The notes beneath the pieces are model-generated. The model saw only the letters and a list, made by a program, of their open reading frames with translations, searched no databases and had not been told where the DNA came from. Both the position numbers and the translations under genes were made by a program. This document shows, in pieces, positions 26,059-38,712 of a stretch of DNA of 64,000 bases (positions are counted from its first letter, which is position 1; each line of letters begins with the position of its first letter). The DNA comes from Macrostomum lignano. Taxonomy: Eukaryota. Location: NCBI GenBank assembly GCA_002269645.1, contig NIVC01003234.1, positions 45,621 to 109,620 of the forward strand, in the 5' to 3' direction.

Positions 26059-26678
26059 TTAGCCCTCTTTGAACAGCACAGCGAAGCTGTCCTTGACGGA
26101 GTCTCCATAGAAGCGCCACTGGCTCCAGAAGCCCATTGTGGCCGGTCCCAACGGTCCGCCGCTGGTTCGGCGCACCTCGCTGACGACTACAACGCAAGCG
26201 GAGGAGACGCCGCCGCCGCCGACGCCGCCGCCGCTGTCGGACACCAGCAGGCGGCTGACGCGGCCCAGCGCGAATCCGGCTGGCGCCTGTCCGCAGTCCG
26301 GGTCGGCCACCGTCCAGACGTTGCCCGCCTCTGGCCCGTCAGTACGCAGGGCGACGACGTCGCCAACCGAACGGCCGGCGAGCAGGAGGCCGGTCCCGGG
26401 TTCGAGTCCCAGCCGGCTGACGAACGCGGCGTTTGGGCTGGGTGGCCGACGCGAAATGGCCGAAGAAGCGGCCACCGCCTCGCAGTTGGCCGCGGTCTCC
26501 GCGTCGCAGAGGAGGCTTTCGCTGACGACTGGCGGCCCGGGGCCGGCCAGGGTGAAGTAGCGGGAGAAGCGCAGCGCCGCGGTGTCGAACTCGCGGATGA
26601 TGGGGCTCCAGCGCAGCGACAGGAACAGGCGGCTGCCGGTGGAGTCGGCTATCAGACACTCCACCTCGGCTGGCAGTT
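26059..26678 (-). CDS. LRRK1: LRRK-like kinase, last coding exon (end of WD40-like domain, ...SFAVLFKEG*)
   Basis: cccgcag acceptor at 26679-80, phase 1 fits the upstream exon; stop TAA at 26059. LRRK1 versus LRRK2 orthology is not resolvable by eye. Confidence 0.8.
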
Positions 26679-26769
26679 CTGCGGGTGGGGCGGAGCGGAG
26701 CGTGTTCGGGAAGTAAAGCGGTTGCCATGGCAGCCCACTAATCCCATAGCAGCATTCTATTAATTAACA

Positions 26770-27262
26770 CAGCAATCCGCTGTTCACATAGCAACCCGCT
26801 GTTCTCACAGCAACCCGCTGTTCACACAGCAACCCGCTGTTCACACAGCAACCCGCTGTTCACACAGAAAGCCACTATTCATACAGATACCCACTGTTCA
26901 CACAGCTACCCGCTGTTCACAAAGAAAGCCGCTATTCACACAGCAACCCGCTATTCACACAGAAACCCACTATTCACACAGATACCCACTGTTCACACAG
27001 ATACCCACTATTCACACACAAACCCACTATTCACACAGATACCCACTGTTCACACAGATACCCACTATTCACACAGAAACCCACTATTCACACAGATACC
27101 CACTATTCACACAGAAACCCACTATTCACACAGATACCCACTATTCACACAGATACCCACTATTCACGCAGATACCCACTGTTCACACAGAAAGCTACTG
27201 TTCACACAGCAACCCGCTGTTCACAACAGAAACCCACTGTTCACACAGCAACACAGTTCACA
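26770..27262. repeat. 19-bp minisatellite (CACACAGATACCCACTATT)
   Basis: Tandem copies in an LRRK intron. Confidence 0.93.
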
Positions 27263-27324
27263 CGCTTGGTGATTACACTGTTAACAGGGCATTCCGATTC
27301 ACACAGCCGCGCCGCTGTCCTTAC

Positions 27325-27946
27325 CGTCAGTCACTGGCAGGATGCTGAGGCTCTCCTTGTTCACCGAGATGAGCTGCGAGCAGCGCCGCCTCTGGCCGGA
27401 CCGCTCCAGCTGGAGGATGCGCACAGCGAACCAGTCGGCCTGCGGGCAATGCGCCACGGCGCTCACCTGGTGCTCCTCGGTCAGCAGGCGGATCTCGTGG
27501 TGCAGCTGGCGGACAGGCGAGGCGGACAACCCGATCAGCTGCGGATCGCTGAAGCCAGTGAACAGCAGGAGGCTCTGCTGGCCGGTGACGACCAGGCGGT
27601 CCCTGTCCCCATCGTAGGACAGCGCCGTCTCCACGGGGCTCGGCCGGCAGGCCAGGGGGATCTCCCGCAGCATGTGGAAGCCCTCCGGCTGGCCGTTCAT
27701 GTAGGAGCAGATCTGCAGCTGCGGCTGGCCGCCCGCCATGTCGAACCAGGTGAGCAGGCAGTAGACTGAGCGGGCCCGGCGCATGCTCACCACAGGGGGG
27801 CCCGCGAAGAACGTCGGCGCCTGGCGCCACCAGCCGGTGTCCAAATCCAGGATGGCGAACTGCCGGCTCTGCTGGCGGCCGGGTACAGCAGCCGACACCG
27901 CCAGCTGCTTCCACAGGAACAGCACCAGGATGGAGGACTCCAGCAG
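27325..27946 (-). CDS. LRRK1: LRRK-like exon: WD40-like beta-propeller (LLESSILVLFLWKQ...QFAILDLDTG...)
   Basis: ctcccag acceptor phase 0, G|GTAAGG donor; joined to exon 41562-41957 it reads like LRRK2 VECMVAT...IWLGCG...QLSFLDLNTEG. Confidence 0.82.
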
Positions 27947-28019
27947 CTGGGAGGAAGAGGGAAGCGGGGATCAGGGATTAACAGCATAGCGCGGACAGGC
28001 GGACAATCGAGTAGCATCA

Positions 28020-28528
28020 AGATTCACGGCCATTGGAACAGGGTGCACGGATTCACGGCCCCATGCTGGCCATTGGAACAGGGTGCACGGATTCACGGCC
28101 CCATGCTGGCCATTGGAACAGGGTGCACGGATTCACGGCCCCATGCTGGCCATTGGAACAGGGTGCACGGATTCACGGCCCCATGCTGGCCATTGGAACA
28201 GGGTGCACGGATTCACGGCCCCATGCTGGCCATTGGAACAGGGTGCACGGATTCACGGCCCCATGCTGGCCATTGGAACAGGGTGCACGGATTCACGGCC
28301 CCATGCTCGCCACTAGAACAGGGTGCACGGATTCACGGCCCCATGCTGGCCACTGGAGCGGGGTGCACGGATTCACGGCTCCATGCTCGCCACTGGAACA
28401 GGGTGCACGGATTCACGGCCCCATGCTGGCCACTGGAGCCGGGTGCACGGATTCACGGCCCCATGCTGGCCACTGGAGCGGGGTGGACGGATTCACGGCC
28501 CCATGCTGGCCACTGGAGCGGGTGCACA
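28020..28528. repeat. 40-bp minisatellite (CATTGGAACAGGGTGCACGGATTCACGGCCCCATGCTGGC)
   Basis: Tandem copies; 40-aa periodicity. Confidence 0.97.
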
Positions 28529-29034
28529 ATTACCCGAGGTACAAGAGGACAGGTCAGGAGGTCAATATCTTTTCTATCAGTAGAGAATTCTATCTGTTTG
28601 CCTCTGCGTGAGTGGCCGCTGGACCTGTCTTTATCTATAATGCCGAGTTCGAGTTGCGCAATGCAGCCCAGCGCAGTCTTGACTTTTATCAGTTAGCGAG
28701 AGCCCACCTGAGCCCGACTGAGCCTGCTCACACCCAAGCATTCCAGGGTGCCCGCCGCATTGAGACAGCTCAGCTTCCGGGGCATCGATCTAATCGGAAC
28801 TGATAATGGGAGGAAGTGGAGCATTTATTTGGGGAGCAGTTCGTAGTTCGGGATGCACCAAAGCTGCCCCCACTTTCAAATTCATTCAGTTGTCAGGTCA
28901 CGAAAAACAAATTAGTTTGTTAAATGTTGATTTCACAAAACTGGGAAAAAGAGGAAATCATTTCACTGGCTAGGACTGTATAAACACCGCGGTGACTGGG
29001 AGAAATCGGACTTTGCCTGTCTTTTTACCTGCGC

Positions 29035-30902
29035 CCTGCGCATCTCAGGCACCCCTGATAGCACCCCGGCACTCCAGAGCGTATCCTGGCACCCCTGCTA
29101 GCACCCCGGCACTCCAGAGCGTATCCTGGCACCCCTGCTAGCACCCGGGCACTCCAGAGCGCATCTCAGGCATCCCTGCTAGCACCCGGGCACTCCAGAG
29201 CGTATCCTGGCACCCCTGCTAGCACCCGGGCACTCCAGAGCACATCCTGGCACCCCTGCTAGCACCCGGGCACTCCAGAGCGTATCCTGGCACCCCTGCT
29301 AGCACCCGGGCACTCCAGAGCACATCCTGGCACCCCTGCTAGCACCCCGGCACTCCAGAGCGCATCCTGGCACCCCTGCTAGCACCCGGGCACTCCAGAG
29401 CGCATCCTGGCACCCCTGCTAGCACCCGGGCACTCCAGAGCGTATCCTAGCACCCCTGCTAGCACCCGGGCACTCCAAAGCGCATCCTGGCACCCCTGCT
29501 AGCACCCGGGTACTCCAAAGCGCATCCTGGCACCCCTGCTAGCACCCGGGCACTCCAGAGCGCATCCTGGCACCCCTGCTAGCACCCGGGCACTCCAGAG
29601 CACATCCTGGCACCCCTGCTAGCACCCGGGCACTCCAGAGCGTATCCTGGCACCCCTGCTAGCACCCGGGCACTCCAGAGCGCATCCTGGCACCCCTGCT
29701 AGCACCCGGGCACTCCAGAGCGCATCCTGGCACCCCTGCTAGCACCCGGGCACTCCAGAGCACATCCTGGCACCCCTGCTAGCACCCGGGCACTCCAGAG
29801 CGCATCCTGGCACCCCTGCTAGCACCCGGGCACTCCAGAGCACATCCTGGCACCCCTGCTAGCACCCGGGCACTCCAGAGCACATCCTGGCACCCCTGCT
29901 AGCACCCGGGCACTCCAGAGCACATCCTGGCACCCCTGCTAGCACCCGGGCACTCCAGAGCGCATCTCAGGCATCCCTGCTAGCACCCGGGCACTCCAGA
30001 GCACATCCTGGCACTCCAGAGCGCATCCTGGCACCCCTGCTAGCACCCGGGCACTCCAGAGCGCATCCTGGCACCCCTGCTAGCACCCGGGCACTCCAGA
30101 GCACATCCTGGCACTCCTGCTAGCACCCGGGCACTCCAGAGCGCATCCTGGCACCCCTGCTAGCACCCGGGCACTCCAGAGCGCATCCTGGCACCCCTGC
30201 TAGCACCCGGGCACTCCAGAGCGTATCCTGGCACCCCTGCTAGCACCCGGGCACTCCAGAGCGTATCCTAGCACCCCTGCTAGCACCCGGGCACTCCAAA
30301 GCGCATCCTGGCACCCCTGCTAGCACCCGGGCACTCCAAAGCGCATCCTGGCACTCCTGCTAGCACCCGGGCACTCCGAGCGCATCCTGGCACCCCTGCT
30401 AGCACCCGGGCACTCCAAAGCGCATCCTGGCACTCCTGCTAGCACCCGGGCACTCCAGAGCGCATCCTGGCACCCCTGCTAGCACCCGGGCACTCCAAAG
30501 CGCATCCTGGCACCCCTGCTAGCACCCGGGCACTCCAAAGCGCATCCTGGCACCCCTGCTAGCACCCGGGCACTCCAAAGCGCATCCTGGCACTCCTGCT
30601 AGCACCCGGGCACTCCAAAGCGCATCCTGGCACCCCTGCTAGCACCCGGGCACTCCAAAGCGCATCCTGGCACTCCTGCTAGCACCCGGGCACTCCAGAG
30701 CACATCCTGGCACCCCTGCTAGCACCCGGGCACTCCAGAGCACATCCTGGCACCCCTGCTAGCACCCGGGCACTCCAGAGCGCATCCTGGCACCCCTGCT
30801 AGCACCCGGGCACTCCAGAGCGCATCCTGGCACCCCTGCTAGCACCCGGGCACTCCAGAGCGCATCCTGGCACCCCTGCTAGCACCCGGGCACTCCAGAG
30901 CA
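29035..30902. repeat. 40-bp minisatellite (GCACCCCTGCTAGCACCCGGGCACTCCAGAGCGCATCCTG), about 46 copies
   Basis: Tandem copies. Confidence 0.98.
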
Positions 30903-31284
30903 CAATAAACATAGTCAATCCCAGTCTCAACCGCTGAGCCGGACTCATAGCCAGCTCAAACTGCATGACTGAGCTATAAAAGGAACTGAGGCAGCCCAAG
31001 TCAATAGGGGCAAACGGGGTGCAGTCTGAGGCCAGCTCACAGCAGTGGAGGGTTTAAACAACTGGGTCTGCATTATCGAGGGGGTGTGGCCGGGGGGCAG
31101 TGCCTGGTGCGTGCAAGACAGACAGTCTGGGGAGCCCAGGATTAGCAGCGCAGTGCTGGCATTCAGACAGCAACTGGAAGCCCGAGCTCCGGCAGAGTCA
31201 CACTATCTGGGACTGTGACGCTCGAGAACCGGACTCAGATACCCCCCTCCTAACCAAAAGACATAGAGCCCCCCCCCCCTTATA

Positions 31285-31560
31285 CTAGAAGATCTTTATT
31301 GAAGGTCCGCTAGATTCCCATACTGAAGCCGAGTCGTCAGAGCCAGTAAAATACAACAAAAAATTGCACATCGAGTTAGAGAACGACTGATTGACCTGGA
31401 AGTCAGGGCGGTCGCGGCTCAAAGTGACAGACACCCCCCCCCCCTGCAAGACATGGACAGTGTAGAATTCCGCGAATAAAGCAGCTTTCGCATTCTCATC
31501 TGCTGCATGCGACACCCTGAGTGGGCGACTGGGGCTCTAACCGCGGACCGCGAAATGACC
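31285..31560 (-). mobile_element. Possible decayed LINE (CR1/L2-like) fragment
   Basis: DENAKAALFAEFY resembles the LINE ORF2 linker motif D..KA.LF..FF, followed by SSGP (cf. KSSGPD). Short and degenerate. Confidence 0.3.
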
Positions 31561-31726
31561 TTCAGTTGAGCTTACAGCAGCCGGCAGCAACAGCTTGCAG
31601 CAAGAAAAAACTACGAGTATTTAAATACGACCCCTAGGGTCATGCAATGAGTGTGTCAGCTGAAGCAGGCATTTTGGTTTAAGGGATTTCAATGCTGAAT
31701 CCATGACAGTAGCGTTTCAAAAAAAG

Positions 31727-31990
31727 AGGGAGAGGTTAGACAGGGTAGACGGATAGGGGGGAGTAGAAGACAGGGAGAGGGAGAGGTTAGACAGGGTAGA
31801 CGGATAGGGGGGAGTAGAAGACAGGGAGAGGGAGAGGTTAGACAGGGTAGACGGATAGGGGGGAGTAGAAGACAGAGAGAGGGAGAGGTTAGACTAGACG
31901 GATAGGGGGGAGTAGAAGACAGAGAGAGGGAGAGGTTAGACAGGGTAGACGGATAGGGGGAGAGTAGGGAGACAGGGAGAGGGAGAGGGA
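31727..31990. repeat. about 51-bp purine-rich minisatellite
   Basis: CAGGGTAGACGGATAGGGGGGAGTAGAAG recurs at a 51-bp period. Confidence 0.9.
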
Positions 31991-34803
31991 GATGGAGGGG
32001 ACACAGAGAGGGGACGGACAGTAACAGTCAGAGGCTGAAGCGGTCAGCCACAGCAGGAGCTCAGCCTAGCAGTGGCAGATAAGCGAAGACCCAGCCGGGC
32101 TGTCAGCCGGCCATCTCGCAGACAAGGGAGATAAGAAAGCCGGAAAAAATAGGCAAAAAGCAGGCTCTCAGAGATGGGGAAATTGAGCAGAAGCAGAAGC
32201 GGGCAAAGGGGAGAGCAGACTGGGGGGGGTTATGAATATGCATATTGTTGTTGACCTGCCCAGCGTAAACACGCCGACGAAGGATCCCGGATGCCAGACG
32301 GGTTAATTGTGAGTCAACATAAACTGCGGTCGAATAGCCGGTCTGGCAGGCAGCCAACCAACAACCGCACTCGATATCTAGCGGATGGAGCGGAGGGGAG
32401 GAGGCTGTGCAAGTGAGGGGAAGCAAAGCGATGGGTAAGCGGTCTCAACTGCAGACAGAAACTCAGACGGGGGGGGGCAAGCAATTTGCATAAACACTGC
32501 AAGGCCCGGGGAGCCCCGGTTTGACAGGCGGCCGCCGGGTGATGGATGGGCGCCGATTGGCATCCATTGGGATCCCCGGACACTGGCGCATAGAACTCCC
32601 AGCTGCTCAGCTCAGCTCTGCTCAGATCAGACAGCCACAGCTGCATCAGGTTCGACCCTTCGAGTTCTTCTGAAAGAGAGACAGAGAGGCAGGGAGGGAG
32701 AGGCCACCGCAGCAGCTGCTAACAGAAGTGAGTCAGTCACGTGAGCGACCGCTTATCGCTTGTAATCGTTGAGCTGGGGGGGGGGGGGGGGCTGGGCAGC
32801 TTGTTCTCACTGCTTGCTGCTGAATATTCGGGTTACGCCACTCACTGCTGCATGGCACAAAGTTTCTTCTACTTGAGAGGAAAGATAAACTCTCTCTCTC
32901 TCTGTCCCTCTCGGCCCTCCCACTCAGTTGCTGGAATGCAGGAATGCAACACCAAGAACTTGTGACTTTTGAGTAGAGCCGGAGCTAACGCAGGCTTTGG
33001 AGAGCGCAGAAGGCGAAGGCACAGAAGTCAGCCAGAGAGAGGCCAGCTGACACGGCAGGGCCACCCACTCCAAGTCAAGCCTGCGTCAAGTGAGGCGCGA
33101 AAAATCCCCCGAGTGTTTCCTGGAAATCTGTCAAAAACGTCACCTTCCCCAGTCCCCCACCGCTCTGCGGGGGAGCAAAAGTGCGAAAACGCTCGTATAA
33201 AAAGCGCTGACATTTGCGCGAAAGTTTTTCTATCGGTGTCCGTTTCTCGGACTCCGAGTGGAGCTAAAATGGGGAGAGAGGTTGGAGCGGGAGGCAGGCA
33301 GCAGTCAGTTTTTCTTTAGAATTCACTCTTTGCTTAAAGCCTACACTATTGCTTTGAACTTCTGCCAAACTCCAAGTAAAAGGATTGGCTCCTGCCCCAC
33401 CTGAGTTACCCAGCCCCAAGCCTGTCCCTCACATGTCAGACATCTCTCAACGTGTGATAGAATGCATGCGCTGCGAGTGTGGGAGCGGGAAGGTAGAGTT
33501 CACGCTGCACATGCAGGGAGACTTAAATCAAACAAAGCCATGGTCGCCATGGCAGGCCAGCGCACCCGCCCTCCTGTCTCTCCCCTCGTCTCCCCCTCAG
33601 CACTCCACAGCCGTAACTCAATCGCCTTGGCTCAATAAAGTACGCGCGCACTAATCCAGCGATGACTATACAGCGCAAGGTACAAATCCGTTTATAATGC
33701 CGATTGATCTGCATCCTGTATTATCACTGCTTACTTCTAAATGCTGGCATTTAAGATTCCTTCGGATTCGGGTAGTTACTGAGGCTCCGGGGATCGGTTG
33801 GCAAACCACAACTACTGCGTGCTGTGCTGAGTGCAGGCGCACTGCTGTCCTGTGCTATGCCCTCTGGAGGGAGGGGAGCCTCTCGATTAATCCCTGGAAC
33901 TATCAGTATTACACTATGCGGCGGTTTTATTTTCATTTGTTTGTCACTAAAATTGGGACATTTCAAGGCAGCTGTTTTTCTTCACTTCGGTGGAGAAATG
34001 GCGAAACCAACCAAGGCAGGGAGACTGAGGCAACAACAGGAAGAGAGAAAAAGAGAAAAGGGCAAGCAAACCTTGGCAAGACTGTGCCATAATCTGCGTC
34101 GTGTGCCAATAGAGAAGTTCGGCTTCGCAGGACTGCCCTCTCTGCGTCTCTCACTGGGCCTTTGGCGGGAATCACAATGTACCGATAAGGGGCAGGCGGA
34201 CGGAATGCGTGTGAATCATGCATGGCCGGGGAAAGGAACAGGGGGGTTTAGGGGACTGAATTTCCCTCGTGACCCGAGAGACGAGGACGAGAGTGGAAGG
34301 GAGGAGGGGGGTGGGGTAGAGGGGGAGTAGCGATGTGGCCCAGACGCGTGGGTCTAAAAATAGAGCAGCCCGAACACCGAGATGCAAACTGAACTGAAGA
34401 GGCGAACTAGGCGAGATGGCTGAAGCGGAAGGGTTGGGGGCTGGGGGGGGGGCGTTTGCGTCACGCAGCCTGTATTGAAGTGGAGCTGGAGTGGAGAGGA
34501 GCTGGGGTGGGCCGCCCCTCTCCCCCGTGACCGGCAGACCATGTGACTGTCTGGGGTCGTAAAGGCCGAACGCACGCCATTGGCTGGGGCGTTGGATGAG
34601 GGGGCGTTTGTATAACAGTGTGTGTGTGAGCGTGTGTGTTGGAGCCCGGGCCAACGCCCTCGGGACAAGGCGGAGAATCACGTGCTTCCCAGACGGCCAA
34701 CCCCTCGCCCGCCCACCGGGGCCCACAAAAGCAAGGAGATCCGAGCCAAAAATTTCAGTCTCGAAAACAAGCCGTACTCGAAGCGTCCGCGTTTAGTGCC
34801 TAG

Positions 34804-34811
34804 TATATAAA
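34804..34811 (+). promoter_or_regulatory. Candidate TATA box of the nested MPPED-like gene
   Basis: TATATAAA about 120 nt upstream of ATG 34932. An alternative is splicing or trans-splicing at the AG at 34919-20. Confidence 0.3.
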
Positions 34812-34931
34812 TTGTGCTAGCAGATTTGCGTATCGGTCCCGTCTCAGCGGCTAATTTAATCCACCTAAGTCTGCAACAAACAGTATATCTAGCAAATAAG
34901 TAACTGGCAAACATTGGCAGGCCATGCGAGC

Positions 34932-35653
34932 ATGAGCGGCAGTGTTCAACTGTTCCATAGTCAAGGCAGCGGCCTGATCAATCCCCCCACAGCACAGCAG
35001 CAGAAACTCAGCAGCGGAGGCAGCCAGCTCGGCAGACATCTGAAGCGCCTGATCGGGCAGCGCCAGCAGCGCGGCAGCAAAAAGCAACGCCAGCAACAGC
35101 CGAACCACCTATTCATGCAGCCGCAGGTGTACGTTGTGGGCAGCCCGAACATCAAGTCGCCATTCCTGCGCATCGCTCACATTAGCGACACGTGCGAGGT
35201 TGACGACAAAGGCGCCTCCTCCATCTACGAGGCCGACGTGCTGGTGCACTGTGGCAACCTCAACAACTACCAGTTCAGCAAGCACTTCTTCAAGGATAGC
35301 GAATTCCATAGCCAGATCAAGGCCATCGATGCGTTCTTTGCCAAGATGCCTCACAAGTACAAAATCTTCGTGGCCGGGCCCAACGAAATCTTCGACGGGG
35401 AGTCGCGCGAAAAGCTTCAGGCGCTGCTGCCCAACTGCATCTACCTGCAGGACTCCAGCTGCGTCATCGAGGGCGTCCGGTTCTACGGCACGCCCTGGAC
35501 CGTCAGCAGGCGCGGCATCGACGGCCGAGGCTTCGTGAAGTCGCACGCCGAGCTCAAAACAATTTGGTCGAACATCCCGGACGACGTTGATGTGTTCGTG
35601 GCACCGTCGATTCCCACGAATTCCATGTACGAGGAGCTCGTTGCGAGGATCAG
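34932..35653 (+). CDS. MPPED2: MPPED1/2-like calcineurin-fold metallophosphoesterase homolog, exon 1 (probable pseudoenzyme)
   Basis: RIAHISDT, DVLVHCG, PHKYKIFVAG, LLPNCIYLQDS..IEGVRFYGTPW and W..IP.DVDV align with MPPED2; donor CAG|GTGAGA at 35654. Confidence 0.92.
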
Positions 35654-35744
35654 GTGAGAGTTGCCCTCCCTACAGCCTTGAAGCTCAGCTACCCCAAGCC
35701 TGTACTTGCATGGCTAAGCTGGCAAAACCAACTCGAACCCGCAG

Positions 35745-36021
35745 GCCCAAGCTGTTTCTGTACGGAGCGCGACCCGATCGGCCCAGCAAGTCCGATCCGC
35801 ACTCGGAGGAGAACTGCGTCAAGTTCAAGGACAACGTCATCTTCGCCAATGGCCACGTCGCCTGTGCTGGCAAGCGCGGCCTGTTCGACTTCTATGCCGA
35901 GGCGCAGAGCTCCAGGGAGACTCGGTTACCCAAAGTGTCGCCGCAGGTGGCCAGCGAGGCCCTGCAGTCGCTGCCGTTGCCAAGGCGACGGTACAGCCTC
36001 CTGAGCTGCATCCAGTCCTGA
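35745..36021 (+). CDS. MPPED2: MPPED-like exon 2 (RPKLFLYG...; C-terminus SCIQS*)
   Basis: cccgcag acceptor; spliced RIRPKL matches MPPED RVRPKL. Total CDS 999 nt (332 aa plus stop). Confidence 0.9.
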
Positions 36022-36921
36022 TGCCAGCCGGGAGTAGCCTACAGTCCAGCAACACAATCAATCCAAGTCTCTAATGCGAGATGGCAATACAAACTGTAAA
36101 TGCAAGTTTAGATGTCTGTACATAACGCCTGGTGTCCCCAGTTGTACATAATCAACACCTGTACAGTGCCATGGAGAAATCCGATGTATATAGATGTGAT
36201 TAGTCAGAATGCGTTGCTCTGGTTAAATTGTGATAAACGCCAATGTGAAGCCACCTCGATATATCGCTCACTACAAGTATATATATATATATATTTACAT
36301 TTATGCATTTATTTTCCACTATAATGGATTTATCCTGACAACCCAGCTAAATACCTCCTGAGCTATGCCGTCAGCCGCCATGCAATTCACCTCACCACTG
36401 TTCTCTATTGGCAGTGAATCTGATTGTAATCTGCTAATTTTGTACAGAGAAGCAAATTCAATTATCCCTGTTAGCTATAAATAGCGTACCTCAAGGATGC
36501 TAAATACTGATTAACAATATCCCTGTGTGGGCTATTCATCCCCCAATGTACAGATTGCCTGCGCTCTAACTCTGGCGCATCATCTCCATGGAGATGAAAC
36601 AAGCCAGACTGTAAATATGACTGAAAATATACTCTGCCAGTTTATAACTGCGGCGGCGGAGCCAGAGAGAGAGGGGGGGGGGGGTGGTCACGAGTCCTCC
36701 CTGACTCCGCCTGCCGGATTCCAGGAAATTGAAAATTTTTCCAATTCACTTCCTTTGTTTATGCAGTCTTGTTAGAATTAAGCTCTGGCCAGGACCAGGA
36801 CATCCTGGATTTGTTTACGCAGTTTATCTCGTGACAGATTGACATTCCATGTAATACCTAACACTGGGTTGGTTATCGAACTGTGCGAATGTCCAGCTCT
36901 TCTGCCCGGTGAACTGCGGTA

Positions 36922-38712
36922 GATCTACTCTGATGTCTAATATCTACTCTGATATCTAATATCTACTCTGATATCTAATATCTACTCTGATATCTAATAC
37001 CCTGATATCTAATATTACCCTGATATCTAATATCTAATCTGATATCTAATCTCTACTCTGATATCTAATATCTACTTTGATATCTAATATCTACTCTGAT
37101 ATCTAATATCTACTCTGATATCTAATATCTACTCTGATATCTAATATCTACTCTGATATCTAATATCTACTCTGATATCTAATATCTACTCTGATATCTA
37201 ATATCTACCCTGATATCTAATATCAACCCTGATATCTAATATCTACTCTGATATCTAATATCTACCCTGATATCTAATATCTACCCTGATATCTAATATC
37301 TACTCTGATATCTAATATCTACTCTGATATCTAATATCTAATCTGATATATAATATCTACTCTGATATCTAATATCTACTATGATATCTAATATCTACCC
37401 TGATATCTAATATCTACTCTGATATCTAATATCTACTCTGATATCTAATATCTACTCTGATATCTAATATCTACCCTGATATCTAATATCTACTCTGATA
37501 TCTAATATCTACTCTGATATCTAATATCTACCCTGATATCTAATATCTACCCTGATATCTAATATCTACTCTGATATCTAATATCTACTCTGATATCTAA
37601 TATCTAATCTTATATATAATATCTACTCTGATATCTAATATCTACTATGATATCTAATATCTACCCTGATATCTAATATCTACTCTGATATCTAATATCT
37701 ACTCTGATATCTAATATCTACCCTGATATCTAATATTACCCAGATATCTAATATCTACTCTGATATCTAATATCTACTCTGATATCTAATATCTACTCTG
37801 ATATCTAATATCTACTTTGATATCTAATATCTACTCTGATATCTAATATCTACTCTGATATCTAATATCTACTCTGATATCTAATATCTACTCTGATATC
37901 TAATATCTACTCTGATATCTAATATCTACTCTGATATCTAATATCTACCCTGATATCTAATATCAACCCTGATATCTAATATCTACTCTGATATCTAATA
38001 TCTACCCTGATATCTAATATCTACCCTGATATCTAATATCTACTCTGATATCTAATATCTACTCTGATATCTAATATCTAATCTGATATATAATATCTAC
38101 TCTGATATCTAATATCTACTATGATATCTAATATCTACCCTGATATCTAATATCTACTCTGATATCTAATATCTACTCTGATATCTAATATCTACTCTGA
38201 TATCTAATATCTACCCTGATATCTAATATCTACTCTGATATCTAATATCTACTCTGATATCTAATATCTACCCTGATATCTAATATCTACCCTGATATCT
38301 AATATCTACTCTGATATCTAATATCTACTCTGATATCTAATATCTAATCTTATATATAATATCTACTCTGATATCTAATATCTACTATGATATCTAATAT
38401 CTACCCTGATATCTAATATCTACTCTGATATCTAATATCTACTCTGATATCTAATATCTACCCTGATATCTAATATTACCCAGATATCTAATATCTACTC
38501 TGATATCTAATATCTACTCTGATATCTAATATCTACTCTGATATCTAATATCTACTCTGATATCTAATATCTACTCTGATATCTAATATCTACTCTGATA
38601 TCTAATATCTACTCTGATATCTAATATCTACCCTGATATCTAATATCTACTCTGATATCTAATATCTACCCTGATATCTAATATCTACTCTAATATCTAA
38701 TATCTACTATCA
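36922..38712. repeat. 19-bp AT-rich minisatellite (GATATCTAATATCTACTCT) with 740-bp higher-order duplication
   Basis: Variants recur at +740 (37221/37961, 37601/38341). Confidence 0.98.

Noticed and set aside
28020-30902. 40-bp arrays superficially like CRISPR
   Set aside because: The repeats are contiguous with no unique spacers, there are no cas genes, and the context is eukaryotic.
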